Assembly (NCBI RefSeq): GCF_000820505.1
Contig: NZ_JWJD01000004.1
Coordinates: forward strand, 96,955-128,954
Direction: 5' to 3'
Source of the DNA: Geoalkalibacter ferrihydriticus DSM 17813
Lineage (GTDB): Bacteria; Desulfobacterota; Desulfuromonadia; Desulfuromonadales; Geoalkalibacteraceae
DNA: 32,000 nt
A program made the position numbers and the translations under genes. The notes under the pieces are model-generated. The model saw only the letters and a list, made by a program, of their open reading frames with translations. It had not been told where the DNA came from and did no database searches. Shown in pieces: positions 7,403 to 17,570 of this stretch (position 1 is the stretch's first letter; each line of letters starts with the position of its first letter).

Positions 7403-10400
7403 ATGGCAACGATTCGTACCCTCTTCGATTCATCTCGGGCCCTCAGTCGCCCCATCGAGAAGGTGATTACCTATCAGAACCGCAGCGAAGCTCAGTTGCG
7501 GACCGAAATCTCAGAATACGTGGTCACCGAAAACATCGAGGAGAACTTCGCCGACCTGCTCAAGAAAATGCAGGCAGCAATGCAGGGAGGGGACGGTCAC
7601 GAAATCGGGGTCTGGGTCTCCGGCTTCTATGGCTCGGGTAAAAGTTCATTCACCAAATATCTCGGTTTTGCTCTCGACCGAGGAATGAAGCTCGGTGATG
7701 ACTCCTTCCTCCACCTTCTGCAAAATCAACTCAAGACAGTTCCGGTCCGCGCTCTTTTCAATCAAGTCTCAGCCACCTACGATGCGGCCGTCATCTTCCT
7801 CGATCTGGCCAGCGAGATGCTTGCTGGCGCTTCGATGGAGGATATCTCAACCGTCCTCTACCTGAAGGTGCTTCAGTGGGCCGGCTACTCCGAAGACCTC
7901 AAAGTCGCCGAGCTGGAGCGGATGTTGGAGATGGATGGGCGGCTCGATTCCTTTTTGAGCCGCGCCAGCGAGGAGCTAGACGGTATTGACTGGAAAGAGG
8001 TGCGCAACCAGCCCCTGGTCGCCAACCAGATCGCCGCCCGCCTGGCCTGCGAGTTCTACCCGAAGCTCTTTCCCAAGGCCGAGGACTTCCAAAACCTGAC
8101 CCTGCACGTGAGCAAGTCCGAATTGAAGCGGGCCGAGGAGATGGTCGAGCTGGTACGCCGCAAGTCGGGCAAAAAGAACATCCTCTTTATTGTGGATGAA
8201 GTCGGTCAGTACGTTTCCGCCAAGCCGAACCTCATCCTCAATCTCGATGGCCTGGCGAAAAACCTGAGGCAGATTGGGGGCGGGACCGTCTGGCTGTTCG
8301 CCACGGCCCAGCAGACGCTCACCGAAGACAACATTTCGGCGATGCTCAACGCTCCCGGTCTCTTTAAGCTCAAAGACCGTTTCCCAATCCAGATCCATCT
8401 GGAGGCCAGCGACATCAAGGAGATCTGCCATAAGCGCCTCTTGACCAAGTCCACGCCGGGCGAGCAGGAACTCGGAAAATGGTTCGACAACCATGGACCG
8501 TCCCTTCGCACCGCCACCCAGCTCAGGGATTGTGGGGTCTACGAGACCGGGTTGGGTCGGAAGACCTTTGTCGACCTCTACCCGTTTTTGCCTGCTCACT
8601 TTGAAATTCTGCTGCAGTTGCTCGGTCGCCTGGCACGCAAGACAGGGGGGCTGGGGCTGCGTTCGGCCATCAAGGTCGTGCAGGAGGTCCTGGTTGAACG
8701 TAGCGGACAACAAAATTCCCTCGCTGATGAGCCGGTCGGACACTTGGCCAATACGGTCACTTTCTATGACGCCCTGCGCCGCGACATCCAGACGAGCTAT
8801 GCACACATCGTCGAAGGGGTAGAAGCCGTCGTCCATCGCTTCCCGACCGAACAGTTGTACAACCAGGTGGCCAAATCGATCGCCGTTTTGCAGATTCTCG
8901 AAAACCTCCCGGTCACCGCGAATAACATCGCCGCTTTGCTGCAGCCCACCGTTGATGCGCCGGCCCGAAAAGATGAGGTCGAGAAGGCAATCGCTGCCAT
9001 GCTCAAAGACGGCATGATACCGCTCGGGGAAAAGAACGGCAGCCTTCGTTTTCTCACTCAGACCGGCATCACTCTGCAGAAACAGTTCGATCTGATCGAG
9101 TTTCGGCAGGTCGACCTCCGCGCGGAAGTCAATGGCGTGTTGCGTTCCATCTTCAAACCGCTCCCCTCTGCCCGCTTGAGCGGAGTTCGGCCCGTCACGG
9201 CCGGTTTGAAGATCGTCATTGGCGGAGGTCAGTCGGTTTCCCTGGAGGGGGAGAAGGAAGCGATTCAGTTTCATGTCGAGTTCGTGCCAGCCGTCAGTTA
9301 CGATGAAACACGAAACGAGCGGGAGAACGAATCCCGCACCGCGCGTGAACGTGTCAGCATTTTTCTCATCGGACGCGCTGATCCCGAAGCCGACCAGCTT
9401 GCGACCACTCTGGTGCGCTGCCGTAAGTTTCTCGATCAGCACCGCACGGCCTCCGACCCGGAAACCCAGGAGTTCGTCCGCATCATCGTTGAGCGCCTGA
9501 CCCGCACTGCCAACGAACTGGAGCGCAAGCTCCAGGCGGCCCTTCTCGCGGGATCATTCATCGCCCACGGAGCGCACCAGCCGGTGTCCGAGCGGGGAGC
9601 GGATGTGATGGAGGCCGCCAAAAGTTTTCTCGCCGATGCCGCGGCGCGAGTCTTCGACCGTTACCCGGAGGCGCCTCATCAGGCGGATACCGGTCTTGCC
9701 GAAAAATTCCTCAAAACTCCCCTTGATCGCATAACCACAGCCGAAGATCCCCTCGGTCTGGTCAGCCGGGCCGGCGGCCGAGCCCAGATCAGGACCGACC
9801 ATAAAGCGATCGTCTCCATCAAGGACTTCCTCGGGCAGCAGGGGCAGGTCGAGGGTCGGCGGCTGCTTGACCATTTCGCCGCTCCCTCCTTCGGTTGGGC
9901 CAAAGATACGATTCGCTATCTGCTCGCCGGTGCCTTCCTCGGTGGTGAAATCAAGCTCCGCATTGCCGGTCATGACCATGTGGTCAAAAACGATGAGACC
10001 TTCGCGGCCTTCTCTTCCAATAGAGCGATCGGTGCCGTCGGGATCTCCTTGCGGCAGGAGCGCCCTGACCCAGAGGCGTTGGTTCGCGCCAGTGATCGGC
10101 TGAGGGTTCTGACCGGCGAAAACATTCTCCCACTGGAAGACGAGATCGCTGCGGCAGCCAAGAAATACTTCCCGAGCTATCAGGCTGCCTTCGCTCCACT
10201 TGCCATGGAGCTTTGCGCACTCGGCCTTGACAACACCGATCAGGCGGACCGAGCAGAAAATCTGGCGAACGATCTTACCGAGGTGGTCAGCGGTGACGGC
10301 TCCGACGCAGTCAAACGTATGGGCGGGATCGAAAGTCCGCTCTACGATTCATTGATATGGGGGCGAAAGCTCAAAATGGGCCTGGATAACGGACTGCGCT

Positions 10401-11023
10401 CGACGTTGACACATCTCACGCGATTGCGTCGCGATATTGAGGGGCTGCCGGATTCCGGCATTCCGGCACGGCTGAAAGAGACCGCTGCAGAACCGTTGGC
10501 GACCGTAAGCGACATCCTGGGCCGGGATTCCTTTTTCGATGAAATATCCTCGTTAGGAACGGCTGCCGCTGAGATCGACCGACTGGTTGCGGCTGCCGTC
10601 AACGATCTTTCCGGCCAGCAGGCGGAGCTGATCGCAGCAGAAGAGGAAAAGTGGAGCGGGTCTCCGGATTGGAACAACCTGTTGGAGGCCGAGCGTGAAT
10701 GGTTCATCAGCCAGACCGGTACTCTCACCGTGAAGGCTGAAGGTAATCTTGACGGGCTGAGAAAACTTCTTTCCCACGATTTCACTCTGAACCACCAACT
10801 CCGCGATCTCGCATCCACCATGTCTGAAATGGCCGCTACGAATAAGACCAAAAAGCGAGATCCTGAACCGGAGGTGAAGGATGTTGAGGTGACCGAATTG
10901 GTTGTGCCGAAGGTATTCACCTCCACCAACGATATCGATCTGCTGATTGCTGAACTCAACAAACTGCGCGCACGGTTCTATCTGGACAAGAAGGTTCGCA
11001 TTCGCTGGAAGGAAATCGACTGA
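7403..11023 (+). CDS. brxC: BrxC/PglY P-loop ATPase
   Basis: 1206 aa. Walker A GFYGSGKSSFTKYLG (nt ~7621-7665), Walker B-like ILFIVDEVGQYV. GAAGGAG precedes the ATG at 7403. Size and operon position are diagnostic for BREX. Confidence 0.9.
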   Translation: MATIRTLFDSSRALSRPIEKVITYQNRSEAQLRTEISEYVVTENIEENFADLLKKMQAAMQGGDGHEIGVWVSGFYGSGKSSFTKYLGFALDRGMKLGDDSFLHLLQNQLKTVPVRALFNQVSATYDAAVIFLDLASEMLAGASMEDISTVLYLKVLQWAGYSEDLKVAELERMLEMDGRLDSFLSRASEELDGIDWKEVRNQPLVANQIAARLACEFYPKLFPKAEDFQNLTLHVSKSELKRAEEMVELVRRKSGKKNILFIVDEVGQYVSAKPNLILNLDGLAKNLRQIGGGTVWLFATAQQTLTEDNISAMLNAPGLFKLKDRFPIQIHLEASDIKEICHKRLLTKSTPGEQELGKWFDNHGPSLRTATQLRDCGVYETGLGRKTFVDLYPFLPAHFEILLQLLGRLARKTGGLGLRSAIKVVQEVLVERSGQQNSLADEPVGHLANTVTFYDALRRDIQTSYAHIVEGVEAVVHRFPTEQLYNQVAKSIAVLQILENLPVTANNIAALLQPTVDAPARKDEVEKAIAAMLKDGMIPLGEKNGSLRFLTQTGITLQKQFDLIEFRQVDLRAEVNGVLRSIFKPLPSARLSGVRPVTAGLKIVIGGGQSVSLEGEKEAIQFHVEFVPAVSYDETRNERENESRTARERVSIFLIGRADPEADQLATTLVRCRKFLDQHRTASDPETQEFVRIIVERLTRTANELERKLQAALLAGSFIAHGAHQPVSERGADVMEAAKSFLADAAARVFDRYPEAPHQADTGLAEKFLKTPLDRITTAEDPLGLVSRAGGRAQIRTDHKAIVSIKDFLGQQGQVEGRRLLDHFAAPSFGWAKDTIRYLLAGAFLGGEIKLRIAGHDHVVKNDETFAAFSSNRAIGAVGISLRQERPDPEALVRASDRLRVLTGENILPLEDEIAAAAKKYFPSYQAAFAPLAMELCALGLDNTDQADRAENLANDLTEVVSGDGSDAVKRMGGIESPLYDSLIWGRKLKMGLDNGLRSTLTHLTRLRRDIEGLPDSGIPARLKETAAEPLATVSDILGRDSFFDEISSLGTAAAEIDRLVAAAVNDLSGQQAELIAAEEEKWSGSPDWNNLLEAEREWFISQTGTLTVKAEGNLDGLRKLLSHDFTLNHQLRDLASTMSEMAATNKTKKRDPEPEVKDVEVTELVVPKVFTSTNDIDLLIAELNKLRARFYLDKKVRIRWKEID

Positions 11024-11025
11024 TT

Positions 11026-14000
11026 ATGGCTTTTGATAAACCGACCCGCAATCGTCTCGCCAAGTTCGTTGCCGATGCCCGCCGTGTTATCGCCGATGAG
11101 TTCACAGAGCAGTTTCAGAGTCTCTACGGCATTTCCGCTAAGGGCGATCTCGCTCCACTCGACAAGCTCAGCCACCTTGACGACATCGGTCTGGCCACTG
11201 CCGCCCTATTGCGGGAGCGCATCGATTATCTGGTAAAGACTCATCCCGATGACAAAGACGGTCGAAAGGCTGCTGTCGACCGCCTGGCCCGAGAGCAGGC
11301 CTTTACCGTCCTTAACCGCCTCGCCGCCATCCGCATGGCGGAAAAGCGCGATCTCATCGTCGAATCCGTCGGCCGGGGCTACCAGTCACGCGGTTTCAAA
11401 GTCTTCGAGACCGTCGCAGGCTCTGCTCTCGGCGATACCTACCATCGCTACCGCCGCTATCTCTTCTGCCTCTTCGACGAGTTGGCCGTCGATCTCGGTG
11501 TCCTCTTCGACCGGCGCTCGCCCCAGGCCCTGCTCTTCCCCCGCGAGCCCGTCGTCCTGGCACTGCTCGACCTCCTCCACTCCGCGGACCTGGAGCCCCT
11601 CTGGGCGGAGGATGAGACCATCGGCTGGATCTACCAGTATTACAACGACCCCGAGGAGCGGAAGAAAATGCGCAAGGAGTCTGCAGCCCCGCGCAACTCC
11701 CGCGAACTCGCCGTCCGCAACCAGTTCTTCACCCCCCGCTACGTCGTCGAATTCCTCACCGACAACACTCTCGGCCGCATCTGGTATGAAATGACCCAGG
11801 GGCAGACCCGTCTCGCTGAGCAGTGCCGCTACCTAGTCCGGCGTCCCACCGAGATCTTTCTCGCCGAAGGCGAAATCGCTCCCGAAACGCCCGATCAGGA
11901 AGGCCTTAGCCAAGAGGCACTCCTCAAGCAACCCGTACACATCCCGTACCGTCCGCTCAAGGACCCCCGTGATATCCGCCTCCTTGATCCCGCCTGCGGG
12001 TCCATGCACTTCGGGCTTTACGCATTCGACCTCTTTGAAACCATTTACGAGGAAGCGTGGGACAACGGTTTCTGTCCGGCTCTCCAGATCACCTACGTAT
12101 CCAAGGAGGACTTCCTCAAAGACGTCCCCCGCCTCATTATCGAACACAACATCAATGGCATCGATATCGACCCTCGCGCCGTCCAGATTGCCGGGCTCTC
12201 TCTCTGGCTACGCGCCCAGAAAGCGTGGCAGGCCAGGAACGTCAATCCCGTCGATCGCCCCCGCGTCCGCCGCTCGAACATCGTCTGCGCTGAGCCCATG
12301 CCCGGCAGCCCCGAAATGCTCCAGGACTTCGTCACCACCCTCGACCCACCCCTGATTGGTGAGCTGGTGAAGACCGTCTTCGACAAAATGCAGCTCGCCG
12401 GCGAGGCCGGCTCTCTCCTCAAGATCGAGGAGGAAATCCGCACCGCCATCGACAGAGCCCGCAGGGAGTGGCTCAAGCAGCAGGGCGACCTATTCACCCG
12501 CATGGACAGCTCACAGGAGGAATTCTTCAACCCAGCCGAGCAACAGGTAATCGACGCCCTCCGCGCGTACGCCGAGCAGGCAGACGCCGGTTCCTACCAG
12601 CGCCGTCTCTTCGCCGACGATGCCGCCCGCGGATTCGCCTTCATCGACCTTTGCCGCAAACGCTACGACGCGGTGGTGATGAATCCTCCATTTGGGGAGT
12701 GGTCGGCTCAGTACAAGAACTTGGCAAGGGATGCATTCCCTAACAGCTATAACGATATCCTCGCTGCATTTATAGAACGGGGCGGGCAGCTTCTCAGGCA
12801 CGGCGGCCATCTTGGAGCGATTACATCACGTACGTGCTTTTTTCTCTCTTCTTTTGAAAAATGGCGAGAACGGGTAATACTTTCGTTTCTGAAGCCTGAA
12901 ATTATTGCGGATCTTGGACTTGGCGTCATGGATGCTGCAATGGTTGAAGCTGCTGCCTATGTCCTTTCTATTCCGATGGACCCCCGTCAGAAATCTGAGA
13001 TGAATTGTTTTAGGGCCCTCAACGAACAAGATCCTGCTAGAAAAATACAGAGTATGGTTGCCTCTATTTTAAAGGGCAGTCGCCCTGAAAACTATTATAT
13101 AATCAATCCTTCCAGCTTCTTTGTTGTTCCCGGAGCTCCATTCAATTATTGGGTACCAGATAGAATTCGGAGCGCTTTCCGTTCATTCCCAAGCTTCGAG
13201 CCCAATACGGGAGTAGTTAGAGTCGGGACACAAACCTCCAATGATGAGCGCTTCGTCAGGACTTGGTGGGAGGTCAAAGAAAGCTCCATCATCCGGCGGC
13301 CAAACTCCCCCGTGGGCAACGACGCATGGGTAGCCTTCTCCAAAGGAGGTGGAATGTCACGATTTTATTGTGACTTTCCCCTAGTCGTAAACTGGCATAG
13401 AGATGGGAAAGAAATCAAAGATTTCAATGAGAATACCGGGTCTAACAAGGGTGGGCACTGGTCACGAAATGTTAGAAGTATTGAATACTACTTCATGCCA
13501 GGGCTAACGTGGGGGATGCGTGCATCGGCTCTAGGAATTTGTGCAATGCCCTCAGGTTGTATCTTCAGCACAAACGCTTATGGCTGCTTCCCAGTAGAAG
13601 ATCCGTTAATTGTGCTCGCAATACTATCATCACAACCTGCGGCTTATTTGATTGATATGATGCTTGAGAGGGAAGGATTTTCGAAGTTTGTCCCTGGTAT
13701 CGTTCAAAGATTGCCATTCCCAAAATACATACCGCCAGAAGTCAGAGAGGTTCTGCGAGACGCTGCTCTGAATTTGTGGAAGTCTGTTCGTGATGAGCGC
13801 TCTTGGTCAGAAACCTCTTACTCTTTCGAAGGAACATTGATCCCCGATAAAACAAAAAAACTTAATGCTTGTTTTAAAGACTACCGATTGACCATCGAAA
13901 AGCTTGAAAACGATCAGATGCTACACGAAAACCGTATCAATTCGGTCACTTACTCCATTTATTTATTTACAGGTGAAGACCGTACTGTTATTGAAAAGCG

Positions 14001-15057
14001 CTTCTCATCGCATTCAGAAAAGGGAAGTGAAGGTTCATCTTCCCGAAAGGAAGATGAAGATGTGAGCCTCTCTGACACCACTTCCTACGTGCAAAATCTT
14101 GTTAGTTTTGCTCTAGGCACAATTTTCGGCCGTTGGGAAGTCCGGTATTCTACTGGCCAACGCCAGGTTTCAAATTTGCCAGGTCTCTTCGAGGCGCTTC
14201 CTATTTGTCCACCCGGCATGCTCCAGAACGCCGAGGGCCTGCCCGCCGAGCCGAAAGATGTGCCCGCCGATTACCCGTTGCGCATTTCCTGGCCCGGCAT
14301 TCTGGTGGACGACGAGAACCACCCAGAGGACATTGTCGCCCGCATCCGCGAAGCCATCGAGGTGATCTGGAAGGACCGCGGCGAAGCCATCGAGCAGGAA
14401 GCCTGCGAGATCCTCGGCGTGAAGTCCCTGCGCGACTACTTCCGCCGCCCTGCCACCTTCTTCGCCGACCACCTCAAGCGCTACAGCAAAAGCCGCCGCC
14501 AGGCCCCCATCTACTGGCCGCTCTCCACCAAGTCCGGCAGCTACACCCTCTGGCTCTACTACCACCGCCTCACCGACCAGACCCTCCACACCTGCCTGGC
14601 CGACTTCCTCGATCCCAAGATCCGCAAGGTCCAATCCGAACTCGATGCCCTTACCGCCTCGGGCCAGAGCGGCACCCGCGCCGGCGAGCTCCGCGAGTTC
14701 CTGGACGAACTTAAGGACCTGCGCGACGAGATCGAGCGCATCATCAAGCTCCCCTGGAAGCCCAACCTCAACGACGGCGTCCTCATCACCGCTAGTCCCC
14801 TCTGGAAGCTCTTCCGTCTGCCGAAATGGCAGAAGGACCTGAAGGTCTGCTGGGAAAAGCTCGAAAAAGGAGAGTACGACTGGGCGCACCTGGCCTATAG
14901 CATCTGGCCCACTCGGGTGGAAGATGTCTGCAAAAAAGATCGTTCTATCGCTATCGCCCACGGTCTGGAGCACCTCTGCAAAGTGGCGCCGCCAAAGGCG
15001 AAAGGCACGCGGGGGAGGAAGAAGGTTTCTCCCGTTACAGAGGAGCTTGATTTATGA
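11026..15057 (+). CDS. pglX: PglX N6-adenine DNA methyltransferase
   Basis: 1343 aa. SAM-binding motif LLDPACGSMHFGLYAF (nt ~11981-12030). Catalytic motif IV VVMNPPFGEW (NPPF at 12682-12693). The start is 2 nt after the brxC stop, and the stop overlaps the pglZ start (ATGA). Confidence 0.9.
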   Translation: MAFDKPTRNRLAKFVADARRVIADEFTEQFQSLYGISAKGDLAPLDKLSHLDDIGLATAALLRERIDYLVKTHPDDKDGRKAAVDRLAREQAFTVLNRLAAIRMAEKRDLIVESVGRGYQSRGFKVFETVAGSALGDTYHRYRRYLFCLFDELAVDLGVLFDRRSPQALLFPREPVVLALLDLLHSADLEPLWAEDETIGWIYQYYNDPEERKKMRKESAAPRNSRELAVRNQFFTPRYVVEFLTDNTLGRIWYEMTQGQTRLAEQCRYLVRRPTEIFLAEGEIAPETPDQEGLSQEALLKQPVHIPYRPLKDPRDIRLLDPACGSMHFGLYAFDLFETIYEEAWDNGFCPALQITYVSKEDFLKDVPRLIIEHNINGIDIDPRAVQIAGLSLWLRAQKAWQARNVNPVDRPRVRRSNIVCAEPMPGSPEMLQDFVTTLDPPLIGELVKTVFDKMQLAGEAGSLLKIEEEIRTAIDRARREWLKQQGDLFTRMDSSQEEFFNPAEQQVIDALRAYAEQADAGSYQRRLFADDAARGFAFIDLCRKRYDAVVMNPPFGEWSAQYKNLARDAFPNSYNDILAAFIERGGQLLRHGGHLGAITSRTCFFLSSFEKWRERVILSFLKPEIIADLGLGVMDAAMVEAAAYVLSIPMDPRQKSEMNCFRALNEQDPARKIQSMVASILKGSRPENYYIINPSSFFVVPGAPFNYWVPDRIRSAFRSFPSFEPNTGVVRVGTQTSNDERFVRTWWEVKESSIIRRPNSPVGNDAWVAFSKGGGMSRFYCDFPLVVNWHRDGKEIKDFNENTGSNKGGHWSRNVRSIEYYFMPGLTWGMRASALGICAMPSGCIFSTNAYGCFPVEDPLIVLAILSSQPAAYLIDMMLEREGFSKFVPGIVQRLPFPKYIPPEVREVLRDAALNLWKSVRDERSWSETSYSFEGTLIPDKTKKLNACFKDYRLTIEKLENDQMLHENRINSVTYSIYLFTGEDRTVIEKRFSSHSEKGSEGSSSRKEDEDVSLSDTTSYVQNLVSFALGTIFGRWEVRYSTGQRQVSNLPGLFEALPICPPGMLQNAEGLPAEPKDVPADYPLRISWPGILVDDENHPEDIVARIREAIEVIWKDRGEAIEQEACEILGVKSLRDYFRRPATFFADHLKRYSKSRRQAPIYWPLSTKSGSYTLWLYYHRLTDQTLHTCLADFLDPKIRKVQSELDALTASGQSGTRAGELREFLDELKDLRDEIERIIKLPWKPNLNDGVLITASPLWKLFRLPKWQKDLKVCWEKLEKGEYDWAHLAYSIWPTRVEDVCKKDRSIAIAHGLEHLCKVAPPKAKGTRGRKKVSPVTEELDL

Positions 15058-17570
15058 CGATTCGGGAATACATCCGTGATCAGGTCTTCCGCCGCAGAGC
15101 CCAGGAGAAAGGTGCACTCGTCATTTATGACCCAGTTCGCCGCTATTACGATGTTGCTCTGGATATGGCATGGGAAAAATGCCAGGTGATCGACGTTTCC
15201 CCATCTATCATTGAGCAGCGTGAGGCAGCTACGGAAGCTCTCAGCTCCTTGGCGGACGGTAACATCCATCAACTGGTGATCTGGATTCCGGCGCCTCCTC
15301 CCGCGGACAGCGATGCCAAGCAGCGAGACCCCTTTGCCGTTTTCGCCGAGATCGGAGCCGTCTTCCCCTCGGGCGATGGCGATGATTACGCTTCCATTTG
15401 TCGCCGGGCCAAGCCGGATCATGTCCCGGAAATCAATAGGCTTTTCGAAGACGGGGAGCCGACCTTTGATATGATGGATGCGCTCGACCAGGGGGGCTCC
15501 TGGCCCAAACTGAAAACCCTGCTGGGAGCCTCGTCCGCGAGAGAAATCCTGATCGGCATCGTATCGCCGAAACCGGAACAGGAAGAGGCGCTCAAGCAGG
15601 ACCCGACCTGGGTGGGAGAAGCCAGGGAGTTTGTTCATCGCAGCCTTGGGCAAAGGCTTAAGACCAAGGGGCAGACACGTCAGTCGATCGCTGACGAGTT
15701 GTGGCGGATCATCCTTTTCAGCGAATTCGTATTCGATTCCGGGAGTGAAATCCCCTCGGCCCTTGCGACCCTTCCGCAAGCCGGGATCGAGGCGAAATCT
15801 CTGATCTACGATCTCTGTGATGAGTTACGCAAGCACGAGGACCATAAGGATACCTACACGATCTTTGCCTTGGAGATCGAGCAGGAGCTTTCACTCGCGG
15901 AGCGTACTCGCGAGATGACACAGTTTGGGGAGCGGGATACCTTCTCCTTTGAAGAGCGCCTTTTCCTGCAGCGCATGGTGGACCAGGCCCTTGATGGTGA
16001 GCTTGAAAAAGCAAGGGAAATCTGGGAGAGCCGCAGAAAGTCCATCTGGATGGGGCAGGAGGAGCGTTTGGCCGAGTGGACCCTTTCCTTGAGGGCTCTC
16101 GATCTTCTCGATACAGCCAGTCGTCTGAGCACCCCCCGCTTCCCCACGCTTGAATCGATCATCCATGGCTACGCTTTGAACTGGCGCGACCTGGACCGCC
16201 ACCACCGAGAGATGGAACAGGCCGTCAATGAGTGGCAGGGGGACCACGAAGGGCTGGAAACATTGGTCGCCCGCGCCCGTTCTGCATACTTCCGATCTGT
16301 TGAGGCTCTTCAAGCCGAATTCGTTCGCCTGGTGGCTACCGAGGGGTGGCCGGTCAGTGGGGGCCAAGTGCTCTGGAACTGCCAGATCTTCTCGAAAATG
16401 GTCGCCCCGGCCCTCGACGCCGGCGAGCGCGTGGCCTATTTTCTCATTGATTCTCTACGCTATGAACTGGGCGTCGAGATCGAAAAGCAGCTATCTGACA
16501 AGCGGCCGGTTATCCTGCACACCGCCTGCGCTCAACTGCCGACTTATACCGAAGTGGGGATGGCCAGCCTGATGCCCGAGGCCGAGTCTGCTCTCAAGAT
16601 GATCAGCAAGGATGGGAAACTGGTCACGACCCTCGGTGGACAGGTGGCAACTGCCCCGGCTACGCGCTTGGCCTACCTGCAATCGAAAAAAGGTGACCAG
16701 TGCGGCGATATCGACCTTGACGATTTGGTTCGCCAGAAGAAACCGAAAATGGGAGACAAGGTGCGACTGCTTCTTGTCCGCACCCGTGATATTGACTCCA
16801 TTGCCCATGATACCCCTCATCACGTCCTGCAATTGATCCCGACACTTGTGCGCCAGATCCTTCGCGGGTTGACCAAGGTGGCGGATATGGGCTTCGATAG
16901 AGCGATCATTGCCACTGACCATGGATTCATCCTCTTCCATGAACAAGGGGCAGGGAATGTTGCCCCGCGCCCGGCAGGTAACTGGCTGATCGAAAAAACT
17001 CGGTGCATGCTCGGCCAGGGCCAGGCCGATGCAGCGAACTTGGTGCTGAAACGCGAAGATCTAGGTATCCCAGGTGATTTCGAAGAATTTGCCGCGCCCA
17101 AAGCTTTGGTCCCTTATTCCCGCGGACAGATATACTACCATGAGGGGTTATCCCTCCAGGAATGCGTGCTTCCCTGCCTCAACGTTCAACTTGTCTCTGG
17201 CAAGAAAGGGAAAAAGCTCTCACCCGATAGCCTGGTATTGACTTATCGCCAGGGGAAAACCAACCGCATTACCTCTCGTCGTCCTGTCGTGGATTTGGCC
17301 TGGCCGCAGGCTGGGCTATTCACCGAAGAGGGAGAAATCGAGGTCGTTATCGAGGCCGCCGATCCCAAAGGAAAGATCGTAGGTTGGGTAGGCTCCTGCC
17401 CGACAATTAACCCCGCGACTGGCGGGGTGCGCATCAACCCCGGCGCCGCTCTCTCTGTAGGACTCCGGATGGAGGATGATTTCTCTGGGGACTTCACCGT
17501 GCGGGTGCTCGACGCAGCGACAAACGTATTGCTGGCCAGCCTTCATCTTGAGACGGGATATTTCGAATGA
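15054..17570 (+). CDS. pglZ: PglZ alkaline-phosphatase-superfamily protein
   Basis: 838 aa. PglZ-domain motifs YFLIDSLRYELG and IIATDHGF. ATGA overlaps with both neighbours. Confidence 0.9.
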   Translation: MTIREYIRDQVFRRRAQEKGALVIYDPVRRYYDVALDMAWEKCQVIDVSPSIIEQREAATEALSSLADGNIHQLVIWIPAPPPADSDAKQRDPFAVFAEIGAVFPSGDGDDYASICRRAKPDHVPEINRLFEDGEPTFDMMDALDQGGSWPKLKTLLGASSAREILIGIVSPKPEQEEALKQDPTWVGEAREFVHRSLGQRLKTKGQTRQSIADELWRIILFSEFVFDSGSEIPSALATLPQAGIEAKSLIYDLCDELRKHEDHKDTYTIFALEIEQELSLAERTREMTQFGERDTFSFEERLFLQRMVDQALDGELEKAREIWESRRKSIWMGQEERLAEWTLSLRALDLLDTASRLSTPRFPTLESIIHGYALNWRDLDRHHREMEQAVNEWQGDHEGLETLVARARSAYFRSVEALQAEFVRLVATEGWPVSGGQVLWNCQIFSKMVAPALDAGERVAYFLIDSLRYELGVEIEKQLSDKRPVILHTACAQLPTYTEVGMASLMPEAESALKMISKDGKLVTTLGGQVATAPATRLAYLQSKKGDQCGDIDLDDLVRQKKPKMGDKVRLLLVRTRDIDSIAHDTPHHVLQLIPTLVRQILRGLTKVADMGFDRAIIATDHGFILFHEQGAGNVAPRPAGNWLIEKTRCMLGQGQADAANLVLKREDLGIPGDFEEFAAPKALVPYSRGQIYYHEGLSLQECVLPCLNVQLVSGKKGKKLSPDSLVLTYRQGKTNRITSRRPVVDLAWPQAGLFTEEGEIEVVIEAADPKGKIVGWVGSCPTINPATGGVRINPGAALSVGLRMEDDFSGDFTVRVLDAATNVLLASLHLETGYFE

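Noticed and set aside
7976-9442. 488-aa minus-strand ORF inside brxC
   Set aside because: It lies entirely antisense to a gene with clear ATPase motifs. The translation is low-complexity and rich in Arg, Gly and Leu, as is typical of shadow ORFs in GC-rich coding DNA.
10342-10962. 206-aa minus-strand ORF in the brxC 3' region, plus the many 60-190-aa alternate-frame ORFs in pglX (for example 11249-11794 and 14133-14714)
   Set aside because: These are Pro/Arg/Ser-rich alternate-frame translations of GC-rich genes. None has an RBS or independent support.
13854-13860. Homopolymer tracts in coding regions (A7 in pglX at 13854-13860, A8 in tnsB at 23581-23588) as possible phase-variation switches
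   Set aside because: The tracts are short and I have no evidence of length variation. Phase variation via a homopolymer in pglX is known in Streptomyces but cannot be inferred from a single sequence.
14170-15779. 267-aa and 294-aa minus-strand ORFs (14170-14973, 14895-15779) across the pglX/pglZ junction
   Set aside because: They are antisense to well-supported genes, have no motifs, and their composition is consistent with GC-rich shadow frames.
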